Shown: positions 1-9,921 of the stretch, piece by piece
Layout: every line of letters starts with the position of its first letter
Numbering within the stretch: the stretch's first letter is position 1
Source: a virus
Taxonomy: Duplodnaviria > Caudoviricetes
IMG/VR virus record: IMGVR_UViG_3300009790_000009
Span: 1-61,374 of that record
Direction: 5' to 3' (one strand)
Length of the DNA: 61,374 nt
Notes under the pieces: generated by a model
The model's database searches: none
What the model saw: the letters and a program-made list of their open reading frames with translations, nothing else
What the model was told of the DNA's origin: nothing
Position numbers and translations under genes: made by a program

Positions 1-1
1 A

Positions 2-1024
2 AATCCAGGAGCTGGATATAATATGGATCCATTAACATTAGTTCATAATCCATATATTGCTGGGTTTAATAGAAGAGATTTAATTGCAGTTGTATCAAAT
101 AAAGTTGGATCATTTAATCCAAATGAAAATTTACAACAAACAGTATCGTTACCAGGTTATTTAATTAACCACAGCAACAGTTCAACTAACGGTATAACAT
201 TAGCAGCTAATAGTGCTGCAATAACAATTGGTGAAGGTGTAATTCAATTAACAACTAATGCCACAGGCATTATTGAAAGTTCTAATGCTACACATATTAA
301 AGTAAAAGAAACAGTAGGAGCTTTTGATGATTCTTATGTTGTTCAAACACAATCATCAGGAGCTAACGTAACACCACTGACTAGTGGAGTAGTACAACAA
401 TCTGCATCAGCAATTGCAACAGGTGCATTTAAATCATCATCAACTGTTAATGGAGTAGAACAAATTAAAATTAGAAGATTAAAATTTGGTCAAGCATTTG
501 CAAATGGATCTACTTTAACAGGATTATCTTCTGGAGCAACAGCTACTGTTGAAAATGTATATGATGATGAAGATACAATGCCAATAGGATTAAATGCAAC
601 AATATCAGCAAACGTACAAACAGCTAACGGAATTGCAACAGGATTAGAGATTTTAGATTCTGGATATGGATATGAACAAAACTCAACAGTACAATTAACA
701 GCAGCTAATACAGCATATATTGTAACTGGTACAGCAGATGTTACAAAACAAGGCGTAGGACAAGGCTATTGGGTCAATAGGCGCTCGTTCCCAAGTGACA
801 TAAATAAAATACATGACAATGATTATTATCAGGACTATTCTTACGTAACAAGAACTGGTATATCATTAGAAAGATATGAAGACCAGTTAAAAGAGATTTT
901 ACACGTTGCTGGCCTAAAACTATTTGGTGAAGTTGTCAAAGTAGAAGATTCAGTTGCTTTAACACTATCAATAGCTAATAGTAGTATAGCCTCAGCTAAT
1001 GCTTATGAATCTTGGATGAATTAA
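2..1024 (+). CDS. gp7: Baseplate wedge subunit gp7-like, C-terminal part (frame open at window start)
   Basis: The frame is open upstream of the ATG at 23 (NPGAGYN-M). The C-terminal IHDNDYYQDYSYV...LHVAGLKLFGEV is typical of marine T4-like gp7, and the gene lies directly before gp8. Confidence 0.75.
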   Translation, partial: NPGAGYNMDPLTLVHNPYIAGFNRRDLIAVVSNKVGSFNPNENLQQTVSLPGYLINHSNSSTNGITLAANSAAITIGEGVIQLTTNATGIIESSNATHIKVKETVGAFDDSYVVQTQSSGANVTPLTSGVVQQSASAIATGAFKSSSTVNGVEQIKIRRLKFGQAFANGSTLTGLSSGATATVENVYDDEDTMPIGLNATISANVQTANGIATGLEILDSGYGYEQNSTVQLTAANTAYIVTGTADVTKQGVGQGYWVNRRSFPSDINKIHDNDYYQDYSYVTRTGISLERYEDQLKEILHVAGLKLFGEVVKVEDSVALTLSIANSSIASANAYESWMN

Positions 1025-3285
1025 TGAGTAAAGTAATAACAAAAAATTTCAACGTACACAGTGCAATCCAGTTTAAGGAAAGTTTCACAGAGCCTGCAAA
1101 TACGCTCTTATATCTTTTCTATGGTAATCATAAACCTTGGACAGACGATAACAACCCACCATCTACAAAAAATGCTATGGCGAATGTACATTTCGGTTCA
1201 TATGATAATATGATAGGTGGTAAACAGGTTACTGATACTGATGTACTCCATATGGTCAATAGAAAAACTTGGACCAATAACACACCTTACGCAATGTATG
1301 ATGATACTACTGAAGATCTTCATACTAAAGATTTCTTTGTGGTTGTTTCAGAACAATCAAAATATAATGTCTTTAAATGTTTAGATAATAACTATGGAGC
1401 CAATTCAATACAAGCTCCTTCTATTTTAGAGACTTCTGCGAATGATGAAGTATATATAACATCGACTGATGGTTATCAATGGAAATATATGTATACCATA
1501 CCATCAGCTAAGTGGGATAAATTTGCAACAGCAGATTACATGCCTGTGATCGCTAATTCTGATGTCACCTCCGCCGCAGTACCAGGTAGTATAAGTGCCA
1601 TCAAAGTAACGGATTCAGGCCGGGACTATGCAGCTTATGCTAATGGATTCGTTACGGAGTTTGGTGTAGGAGGTGATCCAAAATTAATAGCTATAGCTTC
1701 ACCATCATCATATGTGTATAGTTTCGGTACTGATTCTATATCAGGTTTTGTTAAAGAAGAAGTTGAAACAAAATATCTAGAATCAATATTAGTTGTTGAT
1801 GGAGGTGCAGGATTTGCAACTTCAGATACTATTACAGTTACCGGACCAGCTACTATTAATGCTACAGCTAATATAGCATCAGTAAATGCTACTGGTGGTA
1901 TAACTGGTATTAATATTACATCTCGTGGTAAATCATATTCAGGAACACCAACAGTTACTGTTGCAGGTGCTTCTAATACAGCTGCAGCTAATTTAATTGC
2001 AAGAGTTGGATCTGCTAATGGTGTTGTAGTATCATCTAATTCAACAACGTTGACAATTGGTAATATTAATGGTAACATAGATGATAATGATCAAATAAGA
2101 GGTGTATCATCAAATACTTATGCTAATGTGTCATCAAGAACAATGGAAGGTGATTCTTTATCTAGTAATACAGATTTCTATAAAGGATCTTCTTTATATG
2201 TTGAAAGAGGAACAGGAGCAGGACAATTAGGTATTATTGATGAGTATATTGTTACAGCCAATGAAAAGAGAGTATTATTAGCAAATTCATTTAGTGTTAA
2301 CTTAGATTCAACATCATTTTATAGTATTGGACCACAAGTTCAAATATTAGGTGATGGATCCGGAGCATCAGCTAGAGCTGTAATTAATAGCACATTAAAT
2401 GCTAATGTTGTAGCAAATGTCCAAATGGTTACTACAGGTAATAGTTATACTTGGGCATCATGTACAATTCAAGGTAATACAGGATTTGTAACTAATGCAG
2501 TATCAAATTCTTATATTACAACATCTTCAACTGCTCGAGCAATTATATCACCACAAGGCGGACATGGATCAACTGTATTACAAGAATTATTTGCAAATAA
2601 AATTGGTATTAGTGTATCAATAGCTAATACAGAAAGTGCTAAATTAGCAACTTCAAATGATTTTAGAGAAATTGGATTATTAAAAGATCCTTTATTTGCA
2701 AATGGTACTTTTGTATTAACAAGTAGTACAACAAACTTTACTGCTGGAGAAAAAATTACAGGTCAAACATCTAATGCAACTGCTATTACAGTATCAGCAA
2801 ACGCATCAGGTATTGCATATAAAGATATAAGAGGCTTCTTTACAGCTGGTGAAACTATTAAAGGTAATACTTCACCACAAGGTAATGCAGTAATACAAAC
2901 AGTGGCTCAACCGACAACTGTGTTTAGACAAACACATAAATATACTACAGAACTGAGTTATGCTGGAACATTGGGTGATGGTCTAGTTGAAGATGAAAAA
3001 GTATCACAAGATTCATCTTTAGCAAATGGTTATGTAGTAACTACTCCAGGCTCCGCGAATGGCGCTGTAGAATTGACAGGAGTTAAGAATGTTTTCTTAC
3101 TGTCGGATGTTTCGGGAGATAAATATTTTAGTGGAGCTAATAGTGCTGCACAAATGAAATTAACAGAGGTTGCTCTACCAGAAGTAAAAGACGGATCTGG
3201 AGAAGTAATCTATAAAGAATCAATGAGTCCTGTCGCGAGAGCAAATAACCAGACAGAGACATTTAAACTAGTATTGGAATTTTAG
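1024..3285 (+). CDS. gp8: Baseplate wedge subunit gp8 with a large internal insertion
   Basis: Contains VFKCLDNN, DGYQWKYMYTI, NDFREIGLLKDP and the C-terminal SGEVIY...R...QTETFKLVLEF. Start placed at the TAATG overlap at 1024 rather than 1012. Confidence 0.85.
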   Translation: MSKVITKNFNVHSAIQFKESFTEPANTLLYLFYGNHKPWTDDNNPPSTKNAMANVHFGSYDNMIGGKQVTDTDVLHMVNRKTWTNNTPYAMYDDTTEDLHTKDFFVVVSEQSKYNVFKCLDNNYGANSIQAPSILETSANDEVYITSTDGYQWKYMYTIPSAKWDKFATADYMPVIANSDVTSAAVPGSISAIKVTDSGRDYAAYANGFVTEFGVGGDPKLIAIASPSSYVYSFGTDSISGFVKEEVETKYLESILVVDGGAGFATSDTITVTGPATINATANIASVNATGGITGINITSRGKSYSGTPTVTVAGASNTAAANLIARVGSANGVVVSSNSTTLTIGNINGNIDDNDQIRGVSSNTYANVSSRTMEGDSLSSNTDFYKGSSLYVERGTGAGQLGIIDEYIVTANEKRVLLANSFSVNLDSTSFYSIGPQVQILGDGSGASARAVINSTLNANVVANVQMVTTGNSYTWASCTIQGNTGFVTNAVSNSYITTSSTARAIISPQGGHGSTVLQELFANKIGISVSIANTESAKLATSNDFREIGLLKDPLFANGTFVLTSSTTNFTAGEKITGQTSNATAITVSANASGIAYKDIRGFFTAGETIKGNTSPQGNAVIQTVAQPTTVFRQTHKYTTELSYAGTLGDGLVEDEKVSQDSSLANGYVVTTPGSANGAVELTGVKNVFLLSDVSGDKYFSGANSAAQMKLTEVALPEVKDGSGEVIYKESMSPVARANNQTETFKLVLEF

Positions 3286-3293
3286 GATAAGTA

Positions 3294-6200
3294 ATGGCGA
3301 ATTTAACAACTGATTTTAACGTAAGTCCTTATTACGACGACCACGATGAGTCAAAAAAATATTCACGTGTGCTATTTAAACCTGCTGTTGCTATTCAAGC
3401 GAGAGAGTTAACACAACTACAAACATTATTACAGGCACAGGTTGAAAGATTTGGTAATAATATCTATAAAGAAGGGACTATTATCGAAGGTTGTCAAATA
3501 ACTTTTGATGATTATTATTCATTCGTTAAAATTACTGATTTAGATACTGCAGGTGTTGTAGTAGCACCATCAACATATACTGGATACTTTGCAAAAGGTT
3601 CAACTACAGGTGTTGTAGCACAAGTATCAGCATACGCAGACGGTCTTGTATCACAGGATCCAAACTTAACTACTTTATATATTGATTATATTAAAGCAGG
3701 ATCAAGTGGTCAAAAAATATTTAATCATTCTGAAACAATCGAAATTCATTCAAGTGAATTTGCAAACGATTCAAGTCCAATAGCAACTATTACAGCTGCT
3801 GGTGGATCAATAACTACTGCAGCACAGGCAGTTGGTGATGCATTTGCAGTTCAGACATCAGAAGGTATAATTTATTCAAAAGGGCATTTCTTAAAAGTAG
3901 GTGCTAATACAGTTATTGCATCTAAGTATGACAGATATCCAGATAATGTGTCTGTTGGATTTAATGTTAAAGAAACAATTGTTACAGCAGATAGTGATAA
4001 CTCATTAAAAGATAATGCAGCTGGATTTAATAACGAAAATGCACCTGGTGCAGATAGATTAAAATTAGATCCTTATCTAGATGCTATTCCAACATCACAA
4101 GCAAGAGCAAATACAGACTTCTTAGCATTAGTTGATTTCCAGGCTGGTTTAGCTACATCAAAAAGATTTGATACACAGTGGAACTCTATTGGCGAAGAAA
4201 TGGCCAAGAAAACAAAAGAGACATCTGGAAGCTTTACAGTAACACAAAACCAATTTGCATCAGAATCAGCAAACACAACACACTTTAAAGTAGCAATTAG
4301 TCCAGGACTACATTATGTAAATGGACAAAGAGCAGAACAATTTAATACAACTAGAATAGCAGTTCCTAAAGCAATTGCTAATGCTAGTATGTCAGATGTA
4401 ACAGTAACTACAAACCAAGGTTATTATGTTGTATGTAAAGAATTAATTGGTAACTTTGCATCTAATACAATGCCAACTGTTTCATTAAGAGACACGGCTG
4501 GAACTTCAGTTACTGATGGTGATGCATTAAGTGTTGCACCAGGTAACGAAATAGGAACAGCAACATTACAAACAGTCATTCATTCTGAGGGTGGTAATAT
4601 AGCTAAGAATGCTACTTATAAAGTATTCTTAATGAATATTAAAATGAGTGCAGGAAAGAGATTCCATGAAGTTAGATCACTTCATGATTCTGGCGAAGGA
4701 ACAGCTGACATTGTTTTAGAGAATGATGGTATAAGAAATAAAGCTGTATTAAAAGAACAAGGCGCTACTATGATGTTGTGGCCTTTACCAATGCCAGCAA
4801 TTAAAGAAACAACTAGTGCTGATTTCATTTTTAGAACACAATCACAAGCATCAGTTTCATCATCAAACGTTATATCACTATCATTAGGATCAGGGTTATC
4901 ATTCCCTTATAGTGGTACTTTAACAGAAGAACAAAAGAAAGATTGGATTATAACTGCTAATACTACTGGATCAAATCTAGTACAAGGTGTACCATTATGG
5001 ACATCAGCAGCTAATATTCAAATATCAGGAACTACAGCCAATATAGATATTTCGGGCATAACTTCAGGAGCTCCATCTTCAGCATTTAATATTACATATA
5101 ATGCTAGGAAGGCTTCTGCTACACCATTAAAGAAAACAGAAAAGACCATATATGTCAAATTAGATACTGCTAACAATGCAGCAACAAATGCAGGACCATG
5201 GTCGTTGGGTGTACCAGATGTCCAATCAATTGAAGCTGTTTATATTTCTAATACATCAGTGTATGCTAACTCTACAGGATCTAGTTTTACTGACTCTAAA
5301 GACAACTTTATGTTAGAAGATGGTCAGAAGATTCAGCATTATGGATTATCAAATCTTTCATTGAAACCAGGTAATTCAGTAACATCAAATTATAAGATGT
5401 TAGTTAAATGTAAAGTATTTCAATCTGATTCCCCATCTGGAGGTGTTGGATTCTATACTGTATCATCATATAAACAATCAGATGGTACAACTGCATTAGA
5501 TCCAAGTGATATACCATTATTCGTTGATCAAGATAGAGGCAGATCATACGATTTAAGAAATGTTATTGATGGTAGACCTCAAGTAGCCAATACTGGAGCA
5601 TTTGGACTTACAGTAGCTGCAGCTACAATTAACCCAACTGCAACGGAAGCATTTACGTCAGCTGACCACTTTATAGCTTCCCCAGATCAACAGTTTACAA
5701 CAGATCTAGTTTACTACTTAGGTAGAATTGATAAGTTAATGATTACATCGACAGGGTATATTACTACCAAGAAAGGTGTACCATCATCTAAACCGATTCC
5801 TCCACAAGACGTGCCAGATTCAATGAACTTGGGTACAATAGTAGTACCTCCTTATCCTTCATTAACTTCTAATGAAGCAAGAAGTAAAAAACGAACAACA
5901 CAATCAGTTAAAATTAAGCCAGCAACTAATAGACGTTATACAATGTCAGAAATTGGTCAAATAGATAGAAGGCTTAAAAACTTAGAATATTACACAACAC
6001 TTAGTCAGCTAGAACAAAAAACAAGTAATATGGCTATTACTGATGCACAAGGTAATGATAGATTTAAAAATGGTATCTTTGTAGATCCAGCAACAGATTT
6101 AAATTCTTCAGATATAAGAAATAGAGAATTTAGATGTAAGGTTGATCCAACAGCATCAGTATTTCATCCACCTGCACCAAAAGATGATATAGATTTAGTT

Positions 6201-7640
6201 GTAGCTAATACATCAAATGTAATAGACCAAGACGGTCAATTCATGCTTAAAGCATCAGAGCACTTATTAAAAGAACAGACAGGTGCTACACATGCAAGAA
6301 CATGTACAGAATCATATTATAAACATTTTGGTTCAGTAAAAATATCCCCACCAATGGATAACGGTTATGATGTAACTGAAATGCCTACACAGGAAATTAT
6401 TAATGATACTGCAACAGGTGTTCAAGAATTGTTTGATGGTATTAATGAATTTTATCCATTAACTAGAACATCTACAGAACTTATTGGATCTGATGAACAA
6501 TCACAATCTGAATCAGAAGTAACCAAAGATCATTTCGATTATTACTGGCATGACTGGGATTACTATACAGGTTATAATGGTCATTGGCGTAATGATGGTT
6601 ACTATGGGCATTATGGTCAAGACTATGGATGGTATGGTTGGGGCTATGAAGGTTACGTAGAAACAACAACTACAACAACTACAACAGAAACAACAGATAC
6701 TTATTTAAAGACAACTGAACAATTGGCTATAGGTGTTAAAGAAACTACTGAAAAGGTAGGTGACTTTATAACTGATATATCATTCAATCCATTCATGAGA
6801 GCTAAAACAATTAAGATAGTTGCTTGGGGATTGAGACCAAATTTAAGACATTATTTCTATTTTGATAATCAGTCTATTGATGATAAAGTTAAAAAAGGAT
6901 TCCTTAATCCACCTGGCTGGACTAATGGTGAAGTTATCGGCAATGTTGCTGGAGGAATTCATCCTAAGTTCGTAGAACCAACAGGTACTAAAGGAGAAGC
7001 AGTCACAGCAGGTGCTCAAGGCATGCTCGCAGCAGTGTTCTATTTACCTGCTAGCACATTCCATGTCGGAGATAGAGAATTAGTTATTTCAGATTCTTCA
7101 TCACTAGCTGGCCTTAAAGGTTCTGTTTCTAAAGCAAGTGTTAAATATAATGCTTATAACTATAGCGCTGAGAAAACAGAATATACAATGACAACTAGAG
7201 CTCCAACATTTAGTATGTCATCTTCACACGACCAATATGAAGAAGTGACTGTAGATACACATACTGATGTAACATCTAATACATATTGGAGTTGGAATGA
7301 TAACTATTATGATCAATATTATTCAAATGGTTATTGGACATCTGATGGTCTTGTAATTAATAGCTATGCAAATTCATCAGTAAATACAATATGGGCAGAT
7401 TCAGAAATAGGAATTACTTCTATTAACGCAGCTGCATATACAGGATTGAATTTCTCATATGATGCAACAGACTTAAAAGTATATCCTAATACTACTACCA
7501 CAACAACAGGAACAGGTGATAAAGCTACAGGAGCTATTACAGGATCCGGAGGCGGAGCTAATAATTATAGTTATGTCGATGACTTCGCGAAGAATTGGAC
7601 TGATGGAACGTTCAATCTTATGATAGGGGGAATATTCTAA
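3294..7640 (+). CDS. Large virion structural protein, DUF4815/VrlC-like (N-terminal part of the family)
   Basis: Contains FNVSPYYDD, RVLFKP..QARELTQLQ, APGADRLK, RRYTMSEIG.I..R..NLEYYT.LS.LE and RFKNGIFVD; follows gp8. Confidence 0.8.
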   Translation: MANLTTDFNVSPYYDDHDESKKYSRVLFKPAVAIQARELTQLQTLLQAQVERFGNNIYKEGTIIEGCQITFDDYYSFVKITDLDTAGVVVAPSTYTGYFAKGSTTGVVAQVSAYADGLVSQDPNLTTLYIDYIKAGSSGQKIFNHSETIEIHSSEFANDSSPIATITAAGGSITTAAQAVGDAFAVQTSEGIIYSKGHFLKVGANTVIASKYDRYPDNVSVGFNVKETIVTADSDNSLKDNAAGFNNENAPGADRLKLDPYLDAIPTSQARANTDFLALVDFQAGLATSKRFDTQWNSIGEEMAKKTKETSGSFTVTQNQFASESANTTHFKVAISPGLHYVNGQRAEQFNTTRIAVPKAIANASMSDVTVTTNQGYYVVCKELIGNFASNTMPTVSLRDTAGTSVTDGDALSVAPGNEIGTATLQTVIHSEGGNIAKNATYKVFLMNIKMSAGKRFHEVRSLHDSGEGTADIVLENDGIRNKAVLKEQGATMMLWPLPMPAIKETTSADFIFRTQSQASVSSSNVISLSLGSGLSFPYSGTLTEEQKKDWIITANTTGSNLVQGVPLWTSAANIQISGTTANIDISGITSGAPSSAFNITYNARKASATPLKKTEKTIYVKLDTANNAATNAGPWSLGVPDVQSIEAVYISNTSVYANSTGSSFTDSKDNFMLEDGQKIQHYGLSNLSLKPGNSVTSNYKMLVKCKVFQSDSPSGGVGFYTVSSYKQSDGTTALDPSDIPLFVDQDRGRSYDLRNVIDGRPQVANTGAFGLTVAAATINPTATEAFTSADHFIASPDQQFTTDLVYYLGRIDKLMITSTGYITTKKGVPSSKPIPPQDVPDSMNLGTIVVPPYPSLTSNEARSKKRTTQSVKIKPATNRRYTMSEIGQIDRRLKNLEYYTTLSQLEQKTSNMAITDAQGNDRFKNGIFVDPATDLNSSDIRNREFRCKVDPTASVFHPPAPKDDIDLVVANTSNVIDQDGQFMLKASEHLLKEQTGATHARTCTESYYKHFGSVKISPPMDNGYDVTEMPTQEIINDTATGVQELFDGINEFYPLTRTSTELIGSDEQSQSESEVTKDHFDYYWHDWDYYTGYNGHWRNDGYYGHYGQDYGWYGWGYEGYVETTTTTTTTETTDTYLKTTEQLAIGVKETTEKVGDFITDISFNPFMRAKTIKIVAWGLRPNLRHYFYFDNQSIDDKVKKGFLNPPGWTNGEVIGNVAGGIHPKFVEPTGTKGEAVTAGAQGMLAAVFYLPASTFHVGDRELVISDSSSLAGLKGSVSKASVKYNAYNYSAEKTEYTMTTRAPTFSMSSSHDQYEEVTVDTHTDVTSNTYWSWNDNYYDQYYSNGYWTSDGLVINSYANSSVNTIWADSEIGITSINAAAYTGLNFSYDATDLKVYPNTTTTTTGTGDKATGAITGSGGGANNYSYVDDFAKNWTDGTFNLMIGGIF

Positions 7641-9667
7641 TGGCATTAACAAACAGTGATTACAAAGTAGATAGAAATCCTATCGCACAAACATTTAGGG
7701 TAGAAGCTAAAGATATTCCTGGTTCAGATGGTTGTTACTTAACAGCTGTTGATTTATTCTTTAAATCTGCAGCACCTAAAGCAGGTGTAACTGTATGGAT
7801 AGCTAATTGTGACAATGGTAAACCAGTAACATCACAATTAATAGAAGGAAGTGAGACTCATCTAATAGCAGATCAAATTCAAATATCAGATAATGCTACA
7901 ATACCAACAAGGGTTATATTTCCAGGTGCGGTATATGTAAAAGCAGGCAGACAATATGCAATATGTGTATATCCAGATGGTGGTAATCCAGACGTCAAAA
8001 TATTCGTTGCTCAACAAGGCGAAGAAGATGTTCTGTCAGGAGCAAAAAATCCAAACAATTGGAATGGTGGTACATTCTTTGCATCAGCTGGCGGCGCGTG
8101 GGAACCTAAATTAGATACTGATTTAAAATTTGCAATATATAGAGCAACCTTTGGAGCTGGTTATACTGGTAATGTAACCTTAACAAATGCTGACTTAGAG
8201 TTCTTTACATTAACAACTCAAACAGGAACCTTTACAAAAGGTGAAGAATTATGGCAAGTACCATCTTCTTATGTTAATGGTCATGCAACAGCAACATCTG
8301 GTAATACAACATTAGCAGGAACAAGTACAAAATTTAGTACTTGGTTTAGTGCTGGTGATACAATTGCATTGTATGCTAATTCAACAGTTTCAGATGTTGT
8401 TAAAATTAAATCAATTACATCTAATACCTCTATGGAATTATATCAAGGACCTTCGTTTGGTGCAACAGCTAATTTAGCATTAACGCCTTGTGGTGTTGTT
8501 GAAAAATATGAAACCAAAGACGGTGTTGTAAAGATTATAGTTAAAGATTCAACTGCTAAGACAGGAACATTATTTACACAATCAAGTAATATTAAAGGTG
8601 TAGATTCAAATGCTAATGCAGTAATTAGTACTATTGATAGTCATCCAATAAGTTATCTTAAACCATTTGTTGGTAGAACTACTCCATCAGCAACAAGAGT
8701 TTCATCAACCTTTACATCAACTAATGCTGCTGATATTACAGACACAGTAACTAAACCACTAATGTTCGGTTCTGATAATAGAATATCAGATCATGAAGGA
8801 GCTGTATTCTCCAAATCAAAAGAGATAGCAGATAATAGTGGTAATAAATCTTTTGTAGTAAGCACAACAATGAAAACAACTAATAAATTTGTTTCGCCAA
8901 TTGTTGATGGTGATATATCAATGTTAGAAACATATCATCATAAAATTAATAATGATAGTTCTAATGAAAGAACTTTTGGTCAAGGATCCGCTAATACTAA
9001 GTATGTTTCAAAAACAGTTACATTAGCAACAGGATTAGAAGCTGAAGATTTAAATGTTTATTTAACAGCATATAGACCAGCTAATACTACATTAGAATGT
9101 TATGCTAGAATTATTAATGCATCTGATACTGATACATTAATTGATAGACAGTGGACTAAATTGTTTGAAGAAGACGCACAGAAAAGTATGTTCAGTGATA
9201 ATAATCAATTGAATGATATGAGAGAATTTAAATTTAGTATACCACAAATACCTACAATAGATAGTACAAATAAACAAGCATATACTGCTAATACTACATC
9301 AGGTAGTACAGATATAACCACTAATGGTTCTGGATTTAGTTCCGGAGACTTAGTTGTAGTTTCAGATGGTACATGGGATACATATGCAACTGGTAGAGTT
9401 GTATCAGCAAACACAACTAAGATTGTATGTGGATCTGGAGTAGATGTAACTATTAGTAACGGTGACTTATATAAAGTTAAAACAGATGAAAAGAGATCAG
9501 CATTTAAACAAACAGTTGGATCATCATTTAGATTGAGATATTTTGATTCTTCAGGCAGAGAATTTGAGAACTTTAATATGTTCCAAATTAAGGTTGTGAT
9601 GTTAGCAGAACAAGCAAGAAGAGTTCCAAGAATTGCTGATGTAAGAGCAATAGCGTTGAGCGCATAA
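7640..9667 (+). CDS. Virion structural protein resembling the C-terminal part of VrlC/DUF4815-type proteins
   Basis: Contains PIAQTF.V..G.YLTAVDLFF, DLKFAIYRA.F, KYVSK.VTL and the terminal FQIKVVM...VPRIADVRAIAL; TAATG-coupled to the upstream gene. Confidence 0.7.
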   Translation: MALTNSDYKVDRNPIAQTFRVEAKDIPGSDGCYLTAVDLFFKSAAPKAGVTVWIANCDNGKPVTSQLIEGSETHLIADQIQISDNATIPTRVIFPGAVYVKAGRQYAICVYPDGGNPDVKIFVAQQGEEDVLSGAKNPNNWNGGTFFASAGGAWEPKLDTDLKFAIYRATFGAGYTGNVTLTNADLEFFTLTTQTGTFTKGEELWQVPSSYVNGHATATSGNTTLAGTSTKFSTWFSAGDTIALYANSTVSDVVKIKSITSNTSMELYQGPSFGATANLALTPCGVVEKYETKDGVVKIIVKDSTAKTGTLFTQSSNIKGVDSNANAVISTIDSHPISYLKPFVGRTTPSATRVSSTFTSTNAADITDTVTKPLMFGSDNRISDHEGAVFSKSKEIADNSGNKSFVVSTTMKTTNKFVSPIVDGDISMLETYHHKINNDSSNERTFGQGSANTKYVSKTVTLATGLEAEDLNVYLTAYRPANTTLECYARIINASDTDTLIDRQWTKLFEEDAQKSMFSDNNQLNDMREFKFSIPQIPTIDSTNKQAYTANTTSGSTDITTNGSGFSSGDLVVVSDGTWDTYATGRVVSANTTKIVCGSGVDVTISNGDLYKVKTDEKRSAFKQTVGSSFRLRYFDSSGREFENFNMFQIKVVMLAEQARRVPRIADVRAIALSA

Positions 9668-9921
9668 TGTCAGAAAGATTTCAAAAAACAAATTTGCCCG
9701 GAATGGTTAAAGACCATGCGACTGGTGCAATACTAAATACTAATAAGGATGCTTTTGTAGCATATAAATCTAGGAAGGCTAAGATCATGGAATCGAATAA
9801 TAGAATTGATTCTATAGAGATGGTAGTAGCTAACTTACAAGTTGAATTACAAAAGAGTGATGATAAAATAACAGAGATTCATTCCATGTTAAAGGCAATG
9901 GTAGGAAATAATGGCGGATAA
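9667..9921 (+). CDS. Small conserved hypothetical protein with a C-terminal coiled coil
   Basis: VKDHATGAILNTN motif followed by a heptad-like helix; translationally coupled. Confidence 0.65.
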   Translation: MSERFQKTNLPGMVKDHATGAILNTNKDAFVAYKSRKAKIMESNNRIDSIEMVVANLQVELQKSDDKITEIHSMLKAMVGNNGG

